Source of the DNA: Gammaproteobacteria bacterium
GTDB lineage: Bacteria; Pseudomonadota; Gammaproteobacteria; Eutrophobiales; Eutrophobiaceae
Reading direction: 5' to 3'
Assembly (NCBI GenBank): GCA_965116495.1
Contig: OZ220696.1
Span: 3,808,001-3,872,000, forward strand
Length of the DNA: 64,000 bases
Shown: positions 8,921 to 21,754 of the stretch, piece by piece
How the letters are laid out: each line of letters begins with the position of its first letter
Position numbering within the stretch: position 1 is the stretch's first letter
Program-made: the position numbers and the translations under genes
Notes under the pieces: generated by a model
Seen by the model: the letters and a program-made list of their open reading frames with translations, nothing else
What the model was told of the DNA's origin: nothing
The model's database searches: none

Positions 8921-11900
8921 AACCACCGAAGTACTTCTCGAACGTACCGCCCTCGATTGGTTCCAATCCCTGGGCTGGGCCACAGCCTTCGGCCCGGATA
9001 TCAGCCCTGACGGTCCGACGCAGGAACGCCAAGATTATGCTCAGGTTGTCTTGGCCGGCAGACTTCAGACTGCGCTTGAGAACATCAACCCAAACATCCC
9101 ACCAGATGCCATAGAAGAGGCTGTACGGAAAATCGCGAGGTCCGACTCGCCCAGTTTAATCGAGAACAATCGGTGTTTCCATCGGATGCTTACCGATGGA
9201 GTAGATATCTCCTATATGCAGGCTGGTAGAGAGGTCCACGACAAGGTCTGGCTGCTCGACCTTGAGGACCTGGATAATAACGATTGGCTCGCCGTCAATC
9301 AGTTCACCGTCATCGAGGATCGCAGAAATCGCCGGCCTGACATCGTGGTTTTCGTCAATGGCCTGCCCCTGGGCGTGATCGAGCTAAAAAATCCAGCAGA
9401 TGAAAAGGCAACTATTCGTCACGCATTCAACCAGCTTCAGACGTACAAGAGCGATATACCCGGCCTCTTCATTTATAACGAGCTGCTTGTCATTTCCGAC
9501 GGTCTGGAAGCACGCGGCGGGACGCTTACAAGCGGCTGGGACCGGTTCATGCCGTGGCGCACAATTGACGGCAAAGAATTTGCCCCGCGAGGCTCTGTGG
9601 AACTTGAAGTGCTGCTAAAGGGAGTTTTTGAAAAGCGGCGGTTTCTCGACCTTGTATTGAATTTCATCGTATTCGAAGATGACGGAGCCACCATCGCCAA
9701 GAAAGCGGCGGCGTATCACCAGTTCCATGCCGTGAACAAAGCGGTTGAATGCACTCTGTCGGCGTGCGGCATCGATGCTGATTCCGACATGCTGTATGTC
9801 CGCTTCCCGAAGCATGACGAGCATAACCCTTTTGCAGTGCGCGAACCGCAGGCCGCTTATGGTTCGGGAACCGAACACTTTGGCGGCCGCCGCATCGGGG
9901 TGATCTGGCATACCCAGGGAAGCGGAAAAAGTCTATTGATGGCGTTTTTCGCCGGTAAAGTCATCCGTCATCCCGCCATGGAGAACCCTACGCTGCTGAT
10001 GATCACCGACAGGAACGACCTGGACGACCAGCTTTTCGGAACGTTTTCATCCTGTAACGATCTTCTTCGGCAAACACCCGTTCAAGCGGAAAACCGGGAG
10101 CATTTGAAGAAGCTGCTTCAGGTTCCTGCCGGTGGGGTTGTTTTCACGACGATTCAGAAGTTTCTGCCCGACACCAAGGGCCAGCAATACCCAGAGTTGT
10201 CTGTCCGCCACAATATCGTGGTTATTGCCGATGAAGCGCACCGCAGTCAGTATGACTTTATCGACGGATTCGCACGCCACATGCACGATGCCTTGCCGAA
10301 CGCTTCCTTTATAGGATTTACGGGAACTCCCATAGAGCGTGATGACCGCAACACGCCAGCGGTCTTTGGTAACTACATCGACAAATACGACATCCTGCGC
10401 GCGGTTGAGGACGGGGCCACGGTGCCCATCTTCTACGAAAGCAGGTTGGCGAAAATTGATTTACAGGAGGAGCAAAAGCCGAAAATCGACCCTGAGTTTG
10501 AAGAGATCACCGAGGGTGAAGAAGAGTCCGACAAGCAAAAACTGCGCACCAAGTGGGCCGCCCTTGAAGCGATGGTCGGTACGGAAAAGCGAATCGCACT
10601 CATTGCGGAAGACCTCGTTAGCCATTTTGAGGGTCGTCTCTCAGCCATAGACGGTAAAGCTATGGTTGTTTGCATGAGTCGTCGAATCTGTGTGGACATG
10701 TACAACGCCATCACAAAGCTCAGGCCGGACTGGCAGAGCAGTGACGATGGCAATGGCGTGCTGAAGATCGTCATGTCCGGTTCTGCATCTGATCACGCTG
10801 ACTGGCAGCCCCATATTCGCAGCAAGTCGCGGCGTGAGGCCCTGGCCAAAAGATTCAAGGACCCGGACGATCCTATGAAGGTGGTAATCGTGCGGGATAT
10901 GTGGTTGACCGGTTTCGACTGTCCGTCACTACACACAATGTACGTGGATAAGCCGATGCGGGGGCATGGCCTGATGCAAGCAATAGCTCGCGTCAACCGG
11001 GTGTTCAAAGACAAACCGGGTGGATTGGTTGTCGATTACCTTGGCCTCGCAGATCAGTTGAAACGGGCCCTTGCGGACTACACCGGAGCGGGCGGCCGCG
11101 GTAAGGCGGCGGTCAACCAGGAAGAAGCTGTTGCGGTGATGCTGGAGAAGTTCGAGGTCGTCGTCTCCATGTTCCACGGCTTCGATTACCTCTCTATTCT
11201 CAAAGCAGAACCGGCAACGCGTATCGCCGGTATCGCGGCCGCTATGGAACATATCCTTCAGCTGGACGATGGTAAAAAGCGCTATCTGGCAGAGGTTACG
11301 GCGCTGTCGAAGGCATTTGCTCTCGCTGTTCCGCATGAGGAAGCTCTTAAGGTGCGTGATGAAGTGGGGTTCTTCCAAGAGGTCCGCGCCGGGCTGGCGA
11401 AAGCAACGGTTGAAGGCGAAGGCAAGAGCCCTGAAGATATGGATACTGCTATCCGCCAGCTCGTGTCGCGAGCAGTGGCGACTGAAGAGGTCATCGACAT
11501 TTTTGCAGCGGCGGGCCTGAAGAAACCCGACATTTCAATACTATCGGATGACTTCCTCCAGGAAGTACGGCAGCTTCCTCACCGGAACCTGGCGGTGGAA
11601 TTACTGAGGAAACTTCTGAACGATGAGATCAAGACGAATTCCCGCAAAAACGTCGTTCAGGCACGATCCTTCGCGGAGATGCTTGAAAAGGCCATACGGA
11701 AATACCAGAACCGTGCAATTGAGGCAGCACAGGTCATCGAGGAATTAATCAGGTTAGCCAAGGAGATGCGCGAAGCTCAGCAGCGTGGCGATGATCTCGG
11801 GATGACCGATGATGAGATTGCTTTCTACGACGCGCTGGAAGTCAATGATAGCGCCGTTAAGGTTTTAGGGGATGAGACGCTCAAAACGATTGCCCACGAG

Positions 11901-12089
11901 TTGGTCGAAGCGGTTCGACGGAGCGTAACGATAGACTGGACCGTCCGTGAAAATGCCCGTGCCCAAATACGTGTGATCGTGAAGCGGATTCTTCGCAAGT
12001 ACGGGTATCCCCCGGACAAACAGGAAAAAGCAACACAAACCGTTCTGGAGCAGGCGGAAGTTCTGTGTAGAGAGTGGGCCGAGAGCTAA
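8913..12089 (+). CDS. hsdR: Type I R-M restriction subunit R
   Basis: [20 protein letters not shown] nuclease, [32 protein letters not shown]; probable TTG start after GGGGAGGA. Confidence 0.97.
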   Translation: MNKTTEVLLERTALDWFQSLGWATAFGPDISPDGPTQERQDYAQVVLAGRLQTALENINPNIPPDAIEEAVRKIARSDSPSLIENNRCFHRMLTDGVDISYMQAGREVHDKVWLLDLEDLDNNDWLAVNQFTVIEDRRNRRPDIVVFVNGLPLGVIELKNPADEKATIRHAFNQLQTYKSDIPGLFIYNELLVISDGLEARGGTLTSGWDRFMPWRTIDGKEFAPRGSVELEVLLKGVFEKRRFLDLVLNFIVFEDDGATIAKKAAAYHQFHAVNKAVECTLSACGIDADSDMLYVRFPKHDEHNPFAVREPQAAYGSGTEHFGGRRIGVIWHTQGSGKSLLMAFFAGKVIRHPAMENPTLLMITDRNDLDDQLFGTFSSCNDLLRQTPVQAENREHLKKLLQVPAGGVVFTTIQKFLPDTKGQQYPELSVRHNIVVIADEAHRSQYDFIDGFARHMHDALPNASFIGFTGTPIERDDRNTPAVFGNYIDKYDILRAVEDGATVPIFYESRLAKIDLQEEQKPKIDPEFEEITEGEEESDKQKLRTKWAALEAMVGTEKRIALIAEDLVSHFEGRLSAIDGKAMVVCMSRRICVDMYNAITKLRPDWQSSDDGNGVLKIVMSGSASDHADWQPHIRSKSRREALAKRFKDPDDPMKVVIVRDMWLTGFDCPSLHTMYVDKPMRGHGLMQAIARVNRVFKDKPGGLVVDYLGLADQLKRALADYTGAGGRGKAAVNQEEAVAVMLEKFEVVVSMFHGFDYLSILKAEPATRIAGIAAAMEHILQLDDGKKRYLAEVTALSKAFALAVPHEEALKVRDEVGFFQEVRAGLAKATVEGEGKSPEDMDTAIRQLVSRAVATEEVIDIFAAAGLKKPDISILSDDFLQEVRQLPHRNLAVELLRKLLNDEIKTNSRKNVVQARSFAEMLEKAIRKYQNRAIEAAQVIEELIRLAKEMREAQQRGDDLGMTDDEIAFYDALEVNDSAVKVLGDETLKTIAHELVEAVRRSVTIDWTVRENARAQIRVIVKRILRKYGYPPDKQEKATQTVLEQAEVLCREWAES

Positions 12090-12209
12090 ACCAGGGAGAA
12101 ATGCAAATTCAATGATGAGAGATGAAATAGCATGTTGTTTCAACGACACCCAGTCATGTATCCAGGGTGATCCTGACCTGCTCGGTCCACAGGCGAAAGG
12201 TGTGGACAA

Positions 12210-13292
12210 ATGAGTGTGCTCGATGCCGCTATACAGGTATTGAAAGAAGCGGATAACCCACTTCATGCTAATGAGATTACGGGACGTATTCTATCGAAGG
12301 GCCTTTGGAAGACCTCCGGCAAAACTCCTGCTGCGACTGTCAGTGCAAGGCTCTATTCGGATATTAAGAAAAAGGGAGAAAACTCACATTTCATCCTTCA
12401 CGCGCCGCTGACCTTCGGCCTCAGAACATTGGAGTTCCCTGATAAGGGTGCGGGTGATGCGCAGCCTGAGGATATTTCCTTGGAGGCTATCCAGACACAA
12501 ACCAAGACATACTCATTCACTGATTCTGCCGAGAAAGTGTTGGAAAAGTTCGGTAATAGACGACCAATGCATTATCGAGCTATTACCGACAAGGCTCTTG
12601 GGTTGGGGTGGCTGGTCAGCGAGGGTAAGACACCCGAAGCTTCAATGTACGCGCAGATTTTGACGGAAATTAAACGCTTTAACCGCCGTGGGGAGCAGCC
12701 TCGATTCGTTCAGCATGGTAAGGGGTATGTTGGCCTTTCGAAATGGATGGGTCGGGGGCTCGCATTTGAAATCGAACAGCACAATAAAAAAGTACGCCAG
12801 GCATTGCATAAACGCCTGTTCGAAACGAAGTGGGATGCTTTTGAGGAATTGATTGCACGGCTCTTGGCAGAGATGGGTTTCGAGGAAATCGAGGTCACAA
12901 GCCGCAGCAAGGATGGTGGCATCGACGTTCGTGGAACCTTGGTTGTCGGTGATGTCATTCAGACGAGAATGGCCATTCAGGTTAAAAAGTGGAAGCGAAA
13001 TATACAGGCTCCGGTCGTCCAACAGGTCCGAGGGAGCCTCGGCACCCACGAGCAAGGGCTCATCATCACTACCAGTGACTTCAGTGCAGGTGCACGCAAG
13101 GAAGCCGCCAGATCGGATGCCACACCCGTCGGGCTAATGAACGGAGAACAACTGGTTCTACTGCTCATCGAAAACGGCATTGGAGTTTCACGACGAAGCC
13201 ACGATTTGTTTGAACTCGAGGATTTATCCAACGCAGAGGTTGGCACCAATGCCAGTGTACCCATGTCTCAGTCCGACAATGTGGAAGGATGA
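12210..13292 (+). CDS. Mrr-family restriction endonuclease with two N-terminal HARE-HTH-like domains
   Basis: Repeated GKTPxAT/S winged-helix modules; DGGIDV...IQVKKW catalytic motif; GLIITTSDFS. Confidence 0.88.
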   Translation: MSVLDAAIQVLKEADNPLHANEITGRILSKGLWKTSGKTPAATVSARLYSDIKKKGENSHFILHAPLTFGLRTLEFPDKGAGDAQPEDISLEAIQTQTKTYSFTDSAEKVLEKFGNRRPMHYRAITDKALGLGWLVSEGKTPEASMYAQILTEIKRFNRRGEQPRFVQHGKGYVGLSKWMGRGLAFEIEQHNKKVRQALHKRLFETKWDAFEELIARLLAEMGFEEIEVTSRSKDGGIDVRGTLVVGDVIQTRMAIQVKKWKRNIQAPVVQQVRGSLGTHEQGLIITTSDFSAGARKEAARSDATPVGLMNGEQLVLLLIENGIGVSRRSHDLFELEDLSNAEVGTNASVPMSQSDNVEG

Positions 13293-13341
13293 GTCAAAAT
13301 TCCTAAATGGCAGATGGTCCAGGTTAGAAGACGGGGTCAAC

Positions 13342-13716
13342 ATGGGTAGTTATTGCACTCTCTACTTTGATGAGCTAGAAATATGCAACGCGAAGTCAGC
13401 CGTTCCAGACGTTTTTAGTGCTATCTTCCAAGAGTCAGATCGATCGGTTCGAAAATCTCGATATGAGGAAGATAACACGCCAGAAGTAGTATATGAAACT
13501 GCTAAAGATACAGTACTCGCCCGTCTCGCTCTCCTAGGATGTACTTCGCAATTTGCACGTGAACGGCTATCCACATGGATTACCGAAGAACGTGCAACTT
13601 GGGAAGAACGTGCTTCGGGGGACGAAGGAAATTGGGCTGAAGAGACTACTATGGCTCTACGTAACTTTACCATTGAAGAGTGGTATAGACGCGTTCCTCA
13701 GGTCCTTGTTAATTAG
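13342..13716 (+). pseudogene. HEPN/Toprim-associated N-terminal domain protein, 5' fragment
   Basis: MGSYCTL...IFQESDR...RLALLG; its TAG stop is the first bases of a palindromic insert. Confidence 0.65.
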
Positions 13717-13747
13717 GGAACCTCTGGCTTAATCAGATGGTTCCCTA
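13714..13747. mobile_element. Palindromic MITE/IS-end footprint
   Basis: TAGGGAACCTCTGGCTTAATCAGATGGTTCCCTA; near-identical hairpin at 36675-36703. Confidence 0.7.
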
Positions 13748-13960
13748 GTAAAATTTCTTAAAGCTTTCGCTGCAGCCAGAACTCCTCTTCGCCTTGTCGC
13801 AATCTTCGATAACGATACTGCTGGACATCAGGCATTCCGACAAGCCCAAGACCTTGTTTTGCCTGATAACATGATTTTACTTCGATTGCCAGATATGGAA
13901 TTTGCTAGTGAATATAAACTTCATGCTTTTCTGCTTTTTCTTGACCTGTGCCATTATTAG
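13745..13960 (+). pseudogene. Toprim-domain fragment of the same gene
   Basis: LVKFLKAFAAARTPLRLVAIFDNDTAGHQA...LPDMEFASEY with Toprim DxD(xxG) motif; no start codon before the motif. Confidence 0.65.
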
Positions 13961-13969
13961 GTCTAATAC
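13941..13969 (+). promoter_or_regulatory. Sigma70-like promoter with overlapping palindrome
   Basis: TTGACC-17 bp-TAATAC; TATTAG-GT-CTAATA inverted repeat (13955-13968) overlaps the -10. Confidence 0.4.
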
Positions 13970-14047
13970 ATATTTGCTACTCGGAGTATGCTAACCGGAA
14001 GGAACTGGAAATGATTAACGGTAAAGTTATTAGCACAGGAGAAAGAT

Positions 14048-14458
14048 ATGCGAAAAGTTATTGGTCTTGCGATGTTGTTACTTCTTTCCGGTTGTGATGA
14101 CGCAGAGGTGGCGTCGCACAACTTGTCAAAAGCAGCGGAGAATTTTGAGATTGACCGGCGTGTGATTTTCTATAACGGCATCGCGGATACGTACATGCTG
14201 ACCATTGAGGGCCGGTGCGCAATCAAAGACCAGTCCACTCAGTTAGAGGTTACCTGCAAGTTAGGCGAGGGTCAGTACAAGAAACACTTTCTTGGCCTGT
14301 CTGACAACGTGACGTACTTCGCTGAGCAACTGAGTACGGCGGATGTGGCTGCGTATCATTATCGGGTGACGTTCAAGCCACAAACGATTTTGCCGGACGT
14401 TGACTTCCGCGGCAGCGCCAGGGAGCTTTTGGAAAACGCATCCGAAAAAAGGGATTGA
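14048..14458 (+). CDS. Lipoprotein of a phage-associated family
   Basis: Lipobox LLSGC; ASHNLSKAAENFEIDRRVIFYNGI...YKKHFLGLSDNVTYF recalled from phage genomes; AGGAGA RBS. Confidence 0.75.
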   Translation: MRKVIGLAMLLLLSGCDDAEVASHNLSKAAENFEIDRRVIFYNGIADTYMLTIEGRCAIKDQSTQLEVTCKLGEGQYKKHFLGLSDNVTYFAEQLSTADVAAYHYRVTFKPQTILPDVDFRGSARELLENASEKRD

Positions 14459-14650
14459 TGAACCAGCTAAAGTTTTTGCAGACTGTTTTACTGAACAACG
14501 CCAGATGACAACATGACTTGAACAAGCACACCAGTGTCGGCGACAGCAAGACTGGCAGCCACGAACATACAACCGACCATCCAGGTAATGAGCCATGTTT
14601 CCAGCTTGTCTATTCTGGATTCTAATCTTGAAAACCCATCCTTGTAAGCA

Positions 14651-15229
14651 TCAGCGCAGCAGCGTTTGCACTTGCAGCGACAGTTGCTCGTCGGCGCCGC
14701 GGATCCATTCGAACAGTACCGATTCTGCGTCGCTGATGATAATCCCGGCCCTGCCCAGGCGCCTTAATGCTGTTTCATAGTTTTCCCTTTGCCGGGAGCA
14801 GACCGCATCCGCTACCACAAAAACCACGTAACCCCGGTTGTGCAGGTCAAGCGCCGTCTGCAATACACATACATGCGCTTCCATGCCGACCAGTATGGCC
14901 TGCTTCCTCCTTGTTGAAGTCAGGTCCGCGGCAAAATTGTCGGCGCCGGTACAGGAAAACGTGGTCTTTTCATACGTTTTCGCGGTGGCCGGCAATAACT
15001 TCCGGATTTCCGGTTCCATGATGCCGAGCGAATCGGGAGACCGTTCCATAGCGAATACCGGCAGCGCCAGCTTGGCGGCCGTATTAATCAGCAACCATGT
15101 ATTTCTCTGCAGCCTGGCCAGCACCTTGGCCGGCATGACCGCGGTCAATTCCGTCTGTATGTCGATAATGACCAATACGGAATTGCCGGCGTCACAAAGC
15201 GAGGTGTAGTTTTCTGCGGCAGATGCCAT
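14651..15229 (-). CDS. Isochorismatase-family hydrolase
   Basis: VIIDIQ, KTTFSC, GMEAHVCVLQTALDL. Confidence 0.9.
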   Translation of the reverse strand: MASAAENYTSLCDAGNSVLVIIDIQTELTAVMPAKVLARLQRNTWLLINTAAKLALPVFAMERSPDSLGIMEPEIRKLLPATAKTYEKTTFSCTGADNFAADLTSTRRKQAILVGMEAHVCVLQTALDLHNRGYVVFVVADAVCSRQRENYETALRRLGRAGIIISDAESVLFEWIRGADEQLSLQVQTLLR

Positions 15230-15254
15230 GAGCGTTACCCGGATTAATCCCGTC

Positions 15255-16565
15255 TCAGTTCAACCAGCGATTCACCTCGGACAGGTCTTCCACCGACAGG
15301 CTGCCGGAAGCCTGTTTCAGGCGCAAGGTGTCCAGCAGGTAATCGTAACGGGCCCGGGCATAATCCCGTCTGGCCTGGGAGGTGGCACGTTCTGCTGCGA
15401 CGACATCCACCGCGGTGCGGGTCCCGACCTCAAAGCCGGCTTCGGTGGCCTCCAATGCGGTCTCGCTGGAGACCACGGCCTGCTTCAGGGCCTTGACCCG
15501 GCTGATGCCGGAAATAACGCCCAGGTATGCCTGCCGCGTCAGCCGTTGCGCGTTTCTGCGCGCCTGTTCCAGCCGTTCCAGTTCCGCGTTGAGACGTTCG
15601 CGGGTTTCCCGTACGCGCGAACTTACAAATCCTCCCGAGAACAGCGGCACGTTGACCTGTACGCCTATTGAACTTGACTCACTTTCATAGGAGCCGAAGC
15701 GGCCCCCGGTACTGTTCAGACTATGCCGGGCAACCATATCTACGCTGGGCAGGTGGCCCGCCTGTTGTTTTTTTACTTCCCGGCGTGAACTATCGACGGA
15801 ATGCCGTGCCGCCAGCACGTTCAGGTTCTGTTCCAGCGCAGCGCCGGTCCAGGTTTCGATCTCCTCAGGTTGCGGGCTGAGCAGGGGCATGGTCTCTCCC
15901 AGCAGCGCCAGGTCGGAAATATAGACACCGGTGATCTCGCGTAACGCCTCCTGGGTATTGTCAACGTTGTTACGCGCTTCTATCTCGGCGGCGAATGCCC
16001 GGTCATATCCCGCCTGTGCTTCCTGTACGTCGGTTATGGCGCTCAATCCCACGTCAAAACGCTGTTTCGCCTGGTCCAGTTGCCGGCTCAGGGATTTTTT
16101 TTCGGCTTCCGCAAAACCCAGGTTGTCATAAGCAGCCAATACTTCGAAATAAGCGCGGGTGGTGCGCACAATCAAATCCTGCCGGGCCGCGATCAACTCC
16201 GCGTCCGCCTGCCTGATCAGGTTGTCCGCCTGCAGGTAGCCCATAATCCTGTCACCTCTGAACAACGGTTGGGACAGGTCCAGACTGTAGCCGTGACTGC
16301 CGTAGCTCACTTTGCCCGTTCTCTCTATCGGGTTGAACTCGGTGGTGATATCTTCTTCATTTGTCATGGCGTTGGCGCTGAATGTAAGCGTCGGCAGGAG
16401 CTGCGACAGGGCCTGGGGCCGTTGTTCCAGGACTGCCCGTTGTGTGGCGGCCACCTGCCGGTATTGCGGGTCGCTATCCAGGGCATGCCCGTAAATTTCC
16501 AGTAAATCCACCGGAAAAACAGGACAGACATAAACCGACAAAAAAACAAAATACCAGATTCTCAT
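15255..16565 (-). CDS. tolC: TolC outer-membrane channel
   Basis: Signal peptide, RFDVGLSAITDVQEAQA, GFEVGTRTAVDV. Confidence 0.93.
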   Translation of the reverse strand: MRIWYFVFLSVYVCPVFPVDLLEIYGHALDSDPQYRQVAATQRAVLEQRPQALSQLLPTLTFSANAMTNEEDITTEFNPIERTGKVSYGSHGYSLDLSQPLFRGDRIMGYLQADNLIRQADAELIAARQDLIVRTTRAYFEVLAAYDNLGFAEAEKKSLSRQLDQAKQRFDVGLSAITDVQEAQAGYDRAFAAEIEARNNVDNTQEALREITGVYISDLALLGETMPLLSPQPEEIETWTGAALEQNLNVLAARHSVDSSRREVKKQQAGHLPSVDMVARHSLNSTGGRFGSYESESSSIGVQVNVPLFSGGFVSSRVRETRERLNAELERLEQARRNAQRLTRQAYLGVISGISRVKALKQAVVSSETALEATEAGFEVGTRTAVDVVAAERATSQARRDYARARYDYLLDTLRLKQASGSLSVEDLSEVNRWLN

Positions 16566-16594
16566 AATACCCCGTGTTCGCACTCCGCAAATTC

Positions 16595-16670
16595 AATTAC
16601 GAATTAGGAATTAGGAATTAAACGTTCAAGTCCCCCCAATTCCTAATTCGTAATTCCTAATTCGTAATTC
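16595..16670. repeat. Inverted heptamer arrays (GAATTAC/GAATTAG)n...(CTAATTC/GTAATTC)n
   Basis: Directly visible; same family at 18935, 39199 and 48579. Confidence 0.9.
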
Positions 16671-16988
16671 TCAATACCTTGGCATGTCCTGGTCCACCCG
16701 TTCAGCCCAGGCGTCAAGCCCGCCTTCCAGGTTGACGATATCCTTGAACCCGGCCGACTCCAGGTAGTGGCCCACCTGCAAACTGCGCATGCCGAAATGG
16801 CAGATGACGATTGTCCTGGCGTCCGGTTCCAATTCATTCACCCGTTGCTCTATTTCGTTCATGGGAATGTTCACGGAGCCGGCCAGCCGGCAGATTTCTA
16901 CCTCCCACGGGTCGCGCACGTCAAGCAGGACAGCCTTGTCACGGTCATTTTGTAACGCTGCCAGTTGTTCTGCGGTGATAGTCTGCAT
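16671..16988 (-). CDS. Rhodanese-like sulfurtransferase
   Basis: LLDVRDPWE, CHFGMRS, NLEGGLDAW. Confidence 0.92.
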   Translation of the reverse strand: MQTITAEQLAALQNDRDKAVLLDVRDPWEVEICRLAGSVNIPMNEIEQRVNELEPDARTIVICHFGMRSLQVGHYLESAGFKDIVNLEGGLDAWAERVDQDMPRY

Positions 16989-16990
16989 GA

Positions 16991-18934
<1,944 letters not shown>

Positions 18935-19089
18935 GAATTGGGAATTGGGAATTACGAATTACGAATTAGGAATTGGGGATGGGGAAGCATCTGCAGTTTG
19001 TAAGCGTTGTGCCTTTGTTTTTGCGAATGCTGTTATCCGCTCAAATTACATGTCGCCGCAGGCGACTCAGTTATTCGTAATTCCTAATT
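18935..19089. repeat. Inverted heptamer arrays flanking a unique spacer
   Basis: Six GAATTRS units at 18935-18976; inverted units at 19071-19089. Confidence 0.88.
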
Positions 19090-19096
19090 TTCCTCT

Positions 19097-21712
19097 ATGA
19101 CAGATTTCCAGCAACTGATTGCGGCAGCGCCTGACCCCGAGGTTGCCGCACTCAGGTTTGACCGGATGCGGGAAGATGCTTCCCTGCGCAAGGAACTGGA
19201 TCTGCTGCCGGAATCCCGTGCGGCCGATTTTGTAAATATTATCGGCTATTCAACCTTTCTGTTTAATTATATCTGTCGCAATCCGCAAACTGTTCGCCTA
19301 CTGGGCGAGCCCTTTGAAATTACCCCCCGGGAACTGGACGGCATTCAGGACCCTGAAGCGTTGCGCCGCTTCAAGTATGAGCAACTGCTGAAAATAACCT
19401 GGATGGATGTGTCGGGTTGTTACCCTTACGAAATCATCCTCGACCGGCTTAGCCTGCTGGCGGATTATATTCTCAGGAAGGCATTTGCTTTCTGCTTCAG
19501 CGCGGATGGCGGGAATGATCTGGGCAGATACATCAGTATTTTTGCGTTGGGAAAACTGGGGGCGAGCGAGTTGAATTACAGTTCTGACGTTGACCTGATC
19601 ATTGCTTGTAGCAACCAGGATGAGATTCACGGAATGGCGCCGCACGAATTACGGGGCGCGCTGACGAAAGGGCTGAGGCAGTTTACCCGGATGCTGGAGC
19701 AAACCACCCATACCGGATTTTTGTACCGGGTCGACCTGAAACTGCGGCCCTGGGGGAAGAGCGGACCGTTATTCCTGTCCGTGGACGAGACCGAGAATTA
19801 TTACCAGGCGAGTACCGAGGCCTGGGAACGGCTTACGTGGTTACGCGCCAGGTGTGTGGCGGGCGATACAGCCCTCGGTGAGGAACTCCTTACCCGGTTG
19901 CGGCCGTTTGTGTTCATACGTTCCATGAGCAGCGCGGACCTGGAGCGGTTTGTCGCCATCAAGGGAGATATGGCCGACATCCGGGCGCGCGCTGGTCAAT
20001 GGCACGTCAAGCTGGGCCGGGGCGGTATCAGGGACATCGAGTTTTTTGTCCAGATACTGCAACTGGTCAGCGCCGCAAAGCACGCCGAGTTGCGCACTAC
20101 CAACACCCTGGCGGTGCTGGAGAGCTTGTGCAAGCTGAACTTTATAGGGCAGCAGGAGGAGCAGGAAATCAGGGCTGCCTACCTGTTCCTGCGACGCCTG
20201 GAAAACCGCCTGCAGATGGTGGCTGAGAAACAGGTCCACGCCTTGCCGGATGATGCGGCCGGCAGGATCAGGGTGGCGCGTTCCCTGAATATGGCAGGCA
20301 GCTCCGATGATGAAATCCTGGCAAGTTTTGAACAATGCCTCAACGCTAACCGTGAGATAGCCGAGAAGTATTTTGAAAAAATCCTGCCCGAGGCCGGGGA
20401 AGACAGTGCGGAAGCGGGTGCTGAGCCCCACTTCACGTTTGCCGGCGCCTGGAACAAGGTGCAGGCTGAGGTCAGTTTCACCCGATGGACCGAATTGTGC
20501 GAGGCGGAAAAATGGGGTGACAGACCGAAGGACAAGAACCTGATCATCAATATTTTCGGTGCAAGCTGGTATTTCACCCGTTATATTTTTTTCCGGGGAT
20601 ATGAAATTACCGAGTTGATCGACCATTACCGGGACAAGTCCATCGACACCGACGAGATGATGCGGACGTTACAGGTGGACGCGTTCAAACAGGATGTCGA
20701 ACTTGGGCTGAACGTCCTGTCATCGATAAAAAATCAATGGATGCTGTTGCTGCTCATCCGGTTTTTACAGGGAGAGATGGCGCTTGCCGAAGTGGAGAAA
20801 AACCTGACCCTGCTGGCGGAATGCGTTTTCAGCGCCATGATCAGGCATATGTACAAGGCCAACCGGCAGTTGTTTGACAACGTGGCGGTCCTGGGTATGG
20901 GCAGGATGGCAGGGTATGAGATGATATTCGGCTCGGATCTCGACCTGATATTCCTGTATCGTCCGAAATCCGGTGCAGACACGACACAGGCAGCACGCGA
21001 ACTTCAGGGTCTGATGCGCCACCTTGCCAGGATATCCCCTGCCGGGCTGCTGTATGAAGTGGATATGCGCCTGCGGCCCCATGGCACATCCGGCTCGCTG
21101 GTCACATCGGTAGAATCCTTTATCGACTACCACCGGTCTGACCGAGCTGTCTGGGAGCGGCAGATGATGACTCGCTGCCGGCCCATCTATGACCCGCAAA
21201 ACATGGGTATGGATGCCTTGCAGTCGATCTCGGACTCCATCTATGGAGATCACGACGCGGAATTCCTGCAGGATGAAATTGTGAAAATGCGCGAACTGAT
21301 AGAGGAGACACTGGGCAGCCCGCGCCACAAGCATGAAATAAAACGGGGTAAAGGCGGGATCATGGATATTGATTTTATTACCCATTTTATGCAACTGAGT
21401 CATGGCCAAAAACAAGCCGGGCTGCGAACGACAAGCACCCGAACGGCGTTAAACCGCTTGTCCGCACTGAACTACATCGACGCTGACACTGCCGGGTTTT
21501 TACTGACGGCATACGACTACCTGAAGAAGGCGGAGATCTGCATGCGGCTGATAGATTTAAAACCCAGCAGTACAATCCCGGCCGACCCTGAACAAAACGC
21601 AGTGCTGTCCCGGGGCATGGGGTTTGCCGATGGACAGACCCGGGAATTCATGACGGAATTTCTTGAGATCAGGGCCAAGGTCAGGGAAGCGTTTACTCAG
21701 CTTGTCGGGTAA
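19097..21712 (+). CDS. glnE: Glutamine synthetase adenylyltransferase/adenylyl-removing enzyme
   Basis: Two nucleotidyltransferase domains: GKLGASELNYSSDVD and GRMAGYEMIFGSDLD; VDLKLRP/VDMRLRP. Confidence 0.93.
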   Translation: MTDFQQLIAAAPDPEVAALRFDRMREDASLRKELDLLPESRAADFVNIIGYSTFLFNYICRNPQTVRLLGEPFEITPRELDGIQDPEALRRFKYEQLLKITWMDVSGCYPYEIILDRLSLLADYILRKAFAFCFSADGGNDLGRYISIFALGKLGASELNYSSDVDLIIACSNQDEIHGMAPHELRGALTKGLRQFTRMLEQTTHTGFLYRVDLKLRPWGKSGPLFLSVDETENYYQASTEAWERLTWLRARCVAGDTALGEELLTRLRPFVFIRSMSSADLERFVAIKGDMADIRARAGQWHVKLGRGGIRDIEFFVQILQLVSAAKHAELRTTNTLAVLESLCKLNFIGQQEEQEIRAAYLFLRRLENRLQMVAEKQVHALPDDAAGRIRVARSLNMAGSSDDEILASFEQCLNANREIAEKYFEKILPEAGEDSAEAGAEPHFTFAGAWNKVQAEVSFTRWTELCEAEKWGDRPKDKNLIINIFGASWYFTRYIFFRGYEITELIDHYRDKSIDTDEMMRTLQVDAFKQDVELGLNVLSSIKNQWMLLLLIRFLQGEMALAEVEKNLTLLAECVFSAMIRHMYKANRQLFDNVAVLGMGRMAGYEMIFGSDLDLIFLYRPKSGADTTQAARELQGLMRHLARISPAGLLYEVDMRLRPHGTSGSLVTSVESFIDYHRSDRAVWERQMMTRCRPIYDPQNMGMDALQSISDSIYGDHDAEFLQDEIVKMRELIEETLGSPRHKHEIKRGKGGIMDIDFITHFMQLSHGQKQAGLRTTSTRTALNRLSALNYIDADTAGFLLTAYDYLKKAEICMRLIDLKPSSTIPADPEQNAVLSRGMGFADGQTREFMTEFLEIRAKVREAFTQLVG

Positions 21713-21754
21713 TGGATGCCATCCCAACCGGTCATAACCCTGTAGATTTAATCT

